Positions 61,626 to 64,000 of a stretch of 64,000 nt of DNA are shown here, piece by piece. This DNA is from Gemmatimonadales bacterium (GTDB lineage: Bacteria > Gemmatimonadota > Gemmatimonadetes > Gemmatimonadales > GWC2-71-9). The notes under the pieces were generated by a model. It did no database searches and had not been told where the DNA came from. It saw only the letters and a list, made by a program, of their open reading frames with translations. Numbering within the stretch: position 1 is the first letter of the stretch; every line of letters begins with the position of its first letter. The stretch is from the NCBI GenBank assembly GCA_038250675.1, contig JBBSCB010000008.1, forward strand, positions 34,740-98,739, written 5' to 3'. Position numbers and translations under genes: made by a program.

Positions 61626-62698
61626 GTCCGATCCAGCACCAGCAGGGTGTCGTTGCCGAGCGCCCGTCGTTCGACCGGTTGCCAGCGGTCCGCCGCACCC
61701 AGCGGAAGCGAGGGCACGCCCACGAACGCCGGCACGCCCTGCTCTCCCAGCCACAGCGGCGCCTGGATCCAGTAGAGCCGATCCACGAGCTCGGCCCGCA
61801 GCAAGGCACCCGCAAGGCGGCCACCACCCTCGACCAGCAACGATCGCAGGCCCAGGGCGGCAAGTGCTGCCAGCGCGTCCTCGAGCCGGTCCGCGGGAAC
61901 GAGCGTCACGCCGGCACCCACCAGCGCCTGGCCGGCGCCGGCGGCGATCGCGGCCGGCGCGGCGACGACCAGCGTCGGCACGTCGCGCGCGGTCCGGGCC
62001 AGTGTCGAGGCGACCGACAGATGCAGCGCCGGCGCAAACACGATCCGGTGCGGCGGCACTCGCGGCTTGAGCGCGCCGCGCACCGTCAGCGCCGGATCGT
62101 CGTCCCGCGCGGTGCCCGCGCCGACGCCGATGCCGTCGAAGCCCGCGCGGAGCCAGTGGACATAGTCCAGCGCTTCGGTGCCGGAGATCCAGCGCGCGTT
62201 GCGATCGCGGTCGCCGATGCGCGCGTCCACCGACGTCGCGAGCTTCAGTGCGACGAACGGCCGCGACGCGTCCCGCGCCCACCGCAGAAACGATGCGTTC
62301 ATCGCCTCGGCCTCGGCCGCACCGGGCCCGACGACCACTTCGACGCCGGCGGCCCTCAGGCAATCGCCGCCGCCGGCAGCCACCGGGTCGGGGTCGGCGG
62401 TGGCGAGCACCACGCGGCGAATGCCGGCCGCGATGACCGCGTCGACGCACGGCGGCTGCTTGCCCTGATGCGCGCAGGGCTCGAGGGTGACCACGAGGGT
62501 CCCGCCCCGAGCCCTGCTTCCCGCCGACGCCAGTGCCTGCGCCTCCGCATGCGCCTGGCCAAACTCGGCGTGGTACCCCTCGCCCACGACCGCGCCGTCA
62601 GCCAGCACGACGGCGCCGACCAGCGGATTGGGATGCACGCGCCCCCAGCCTCGCCACGCGAGATCGAGCGCGCGGGCCATCGCCTCCCGCTCAGTCAC
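61607..62698 (-). CDS. ribD: Bifunctional diaminohydroxyphosphoribosylaminopyrimidine deaminase / 5-amino-6-(5-phosphoribosylamino)uracil reductase
   Basis: ORF trimmed to GTG 62698; ATG 62680 is an alternative. HAEAQAL and PCAHQGKQPPC zinc motifs. Reductase domain LLVEGGGRLAGALL. Confidence 0.9.
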   Translation of the reverse strand: MTEREAMARALDLAWRGWGRVHPNPLVGAVVLADGAVVGEGYHAEFGQAHAEAQALASAGSRARGGTLVVTLEPCAHQGKQPPCVDAVIAAGIRRVVLATADPDPVAAGGGDCLRAAGVEVVVGPGAAEAEAMNASFLRWARDASRPFVALKLATSVDARIGDRDRNARWISGTEALDYVHWLRAGFDGIGVGAGTARDDDPALTVRGALKPRVPPHRIVFAPALHLSVASTLARTARDVPTLVVAAPAAIAAGAGQALVGAGVTLVPADRLEDALAALAALGLRSLLVEGGGRLAGALLRAELVDRLYWIQAPLWLGEQGVPAFVGVPSLPLGAADRWQPVERRALGNDTLLVLDRTCSPAS

Positions 62699-62702
62699 GC
62701 AT

Positions 62703-63674
62703 TCAGAAGCCGAACCTGAGGCCGGCGCTGTAGAACGTGGTCCCCTTGGTGTCATCGAACCCTTCGAACGTCGTGATCAGCTGCTGGTCCTTGCCCGACT
62801 GGTGGCCGATTTCGCCCACCAGCTTGATGACCTTCAGATCGAGACCGGCATCGGCGAAGATCATCGTTCGCCGCTGATCCAGCGTGATGTTGATCGTGGT
62901 CGGCGACGAGGTTGACGGATCGCGGAATGTCGCCGCGGCCTTGCCGGTGTATTTGCTCCATCCCGCGCCGGCCGACAGCGTGAGCGCGGCCAGCCGCTTG
63001 GTGGCGACGAGCCGGACGTCGGTCGCCTGCAGATTCACGTCGGCCGCGATGTCGTCGCCGGCGGTCAGGTCGCCAAATCCTACCTGCGGGACGCTCCGGT
63101 GCATCACACTCACCGAGACGCCCGGCAGCGCGCCGCGTCCACCCAGCAGGCCCAGCCGTCCGCCGAATCCGATGCCCAGACTGATTGGCCCTACGCGCGG
63201 TGCGCCCGGATCGACCCGGATATCGCTCACCAACCTTTCGTTCGGCACCAGCTGCGCGGCGCCCAGGGCGTCCAGCGAGAACATGCCGTTGGGCAGCCCC
63301 TTGAACAGCCCGATCGCGCCTTCCAGCAGTGGCGCCGGAATCAGACCGGTCCTGCTGGCGGCGACGTGATTGTTGGCGTCGGCCTGCAGCTCCGGCACGA
63401 CGATGTTGGTGCCGTTCGCGCGGAGCGTGAGGGCGAACTTGCCCAGTCCGCCCATGGAGCTGCCAGAGCCAAGCACCGGATTGCCGCCGCTGATAAGCAG
63501 GCCGGCGATGGGGTGGTAGGCGCGCGTCAGATCGATCGCCGCATCGCAGGTCTGCCGCGCGTTCTGAAGCGTGGGGAACGACGCGCACTGGGAATTCTGC
63601 GCCAGCGCGGGGGTGGCGAGCCCGCCGAGGGCGCCGACGACGAACAGACGGCTGAGGCGCATGGGACGCTCCAT
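62703..63674 (-). CDS. Hypothetical outer-membrane beta-barrel protein
   Basis: Start is GTG 63677, ATG 63674 or ATG 63662. Signal ...MRLSRLFVVGALGGLATPALAQ. Alternating beta-strand pattern throughout. C-terminal FYSAGLRFGF is a terminal-Phe OMP signature. Confidence 0.65.
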   Translation of the reverse strand: MERPMRLSRLFVVGALGGLATPALAQNSQCASFPTLQNARQTCDAAIDLTRAYHPIAGLLISGGNPVLGSGSSMGGLGKFALTLRANGTNIVVPELQADANNHVAASRTGLIPAPLLEGAIGLFKGLPNGMFSLDALGAAQLVPNERLVSDIRVDPGAPRVGPISLGIGFGGRLGLLGGRGALPGVSVSVMHRSVPQVGFGDLTAGDDIAADVNLQATDVRLVATKRLAALTLSAGAGWSKYTGKAAATFRDPSTSSPTTINITLDQRRTMIFADAGLDLKVIKLVGEIGHQSGKDQQLITTFEGFDDTKGTTFYSAGLRFGF

Positions 63675-64000
63675 CACTCGCGGGCGAAGCTGACCGTCCG
63701 GTCGCCCCGGACGACTTCACCCATGACCCAGGTGGCGACGCCGGCCGCGCGGGCGGCCTCCTGGGCCACAGCCACCGCGTCCGGGGGCAGGACAGCGATG
63801 AGCCCCACGCCGAGGTTGAAGACTTCCCGCATCTCCCCGGTGGAGATCCCGCCGCCCCGCTGCACGATACGAAAGAGCGGCGGCAGCTCCCAACTCCGGG
63901 GATCCACCGTCGCCGCCGTCCCAGGAGGCAATATCCGAGCCAGATTGGCTGCGATCCCGCCGCCGGTGATGTGCGCAATGCCGTGCACCCGCTCGAGCAC
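63674..64000 (-). CDS. purM: Phosphoribosylformylglycinamidine cyclo-ligase (AIR synthetase), C-terminal part; gene runs off the right edge
   Basis: ...VHGIAHITGGGIAANLARILP...EMREVFNLGVGLIAVLPPD...VMGEVV. Confidence 0.88.
   Translation of the reverse strand: MLERVHGIAHITGGGIAANLARILPPGTAATVDPRSWELPPLFRIVQRGGGISTGEMREVFNLGVGLIAVLPPDAVAVAQEAARAAGVATWVMGEVVRGDRTVSFARE

Noticed and set aside
62699-62702. Expected an FMN (RFN) riboswitch upstream of ribD
   Set aside because: There are only 4 nt between the OMP stop and the ribD start. I saw no RFN-like conserved core anywhere in the window.

Overview
Very GC-rich, gene-dense bacterial chromosomal window. I call about 75 protein genes, 2 tRNA-Ser genes and 1 cobalamin riboswitch. 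I found no rRNA, CRISPR array, IS element, integrase or prophage. From about 11.4 kb to the right edge every gene except rpsT is on the minus strand, and many junctions are 1-, 4- or 8-nt start/stop overlaps (ATGA, GTGA, TGATG), so the genes form long translationally coupled chains. The supplied ORF track uses ATG, GTG and TTG as starts and takes the longest ORF. Many N-termini were therefore trimmed by hand, and the long antisense ORFs opposite groEL, clpB and ptsI are GC artefacts. Confident housekeeping calls: uvrD (partial, missing from the track), serS, groES-groEL with a CIRCE operator, coaX, birA, uppP, bshA, miaA, mutL, rluB, scpA/scpB, rpsT, pyrR-pyrB-pyrC, tadA, clpB, selB, recO, metK, nusB, ribD-ribE-ribBA-ribH and purM (partial). 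Systems of note: (1) a six-gene MoxR-DUF58-membrane protein-BatA-BatB/C-BatD/E operon with fused architectures; (2) a complete mannose-family PTS (EIIA, B, C, D) between hpf-hprK and ptsH-ptsI; (3) a cobalamin-riboswitch-led btuF-C-D plus TonB-receptor operon; (4) a secreted protein whose His/Met pattern matches the two copper sites of eukaryotic PHM/DBH monooxygenases; (5) several uncharacterised envelope clusters, including a beta-rich-domain NlpC/P60 lipoprotein cluster, small proteins between two tRNA-Ser genes, and a cargo-less T9SS-type C-terminal domain protein. A G9 homopolymer inside mutL is the longest mononucleotide run I saw. The gene content plus GC suggests a Gemmatimonadota-like (FCB group) organism, but this is inference only. 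All calls rest on reading motifs by eye. No database search or folding was possible.
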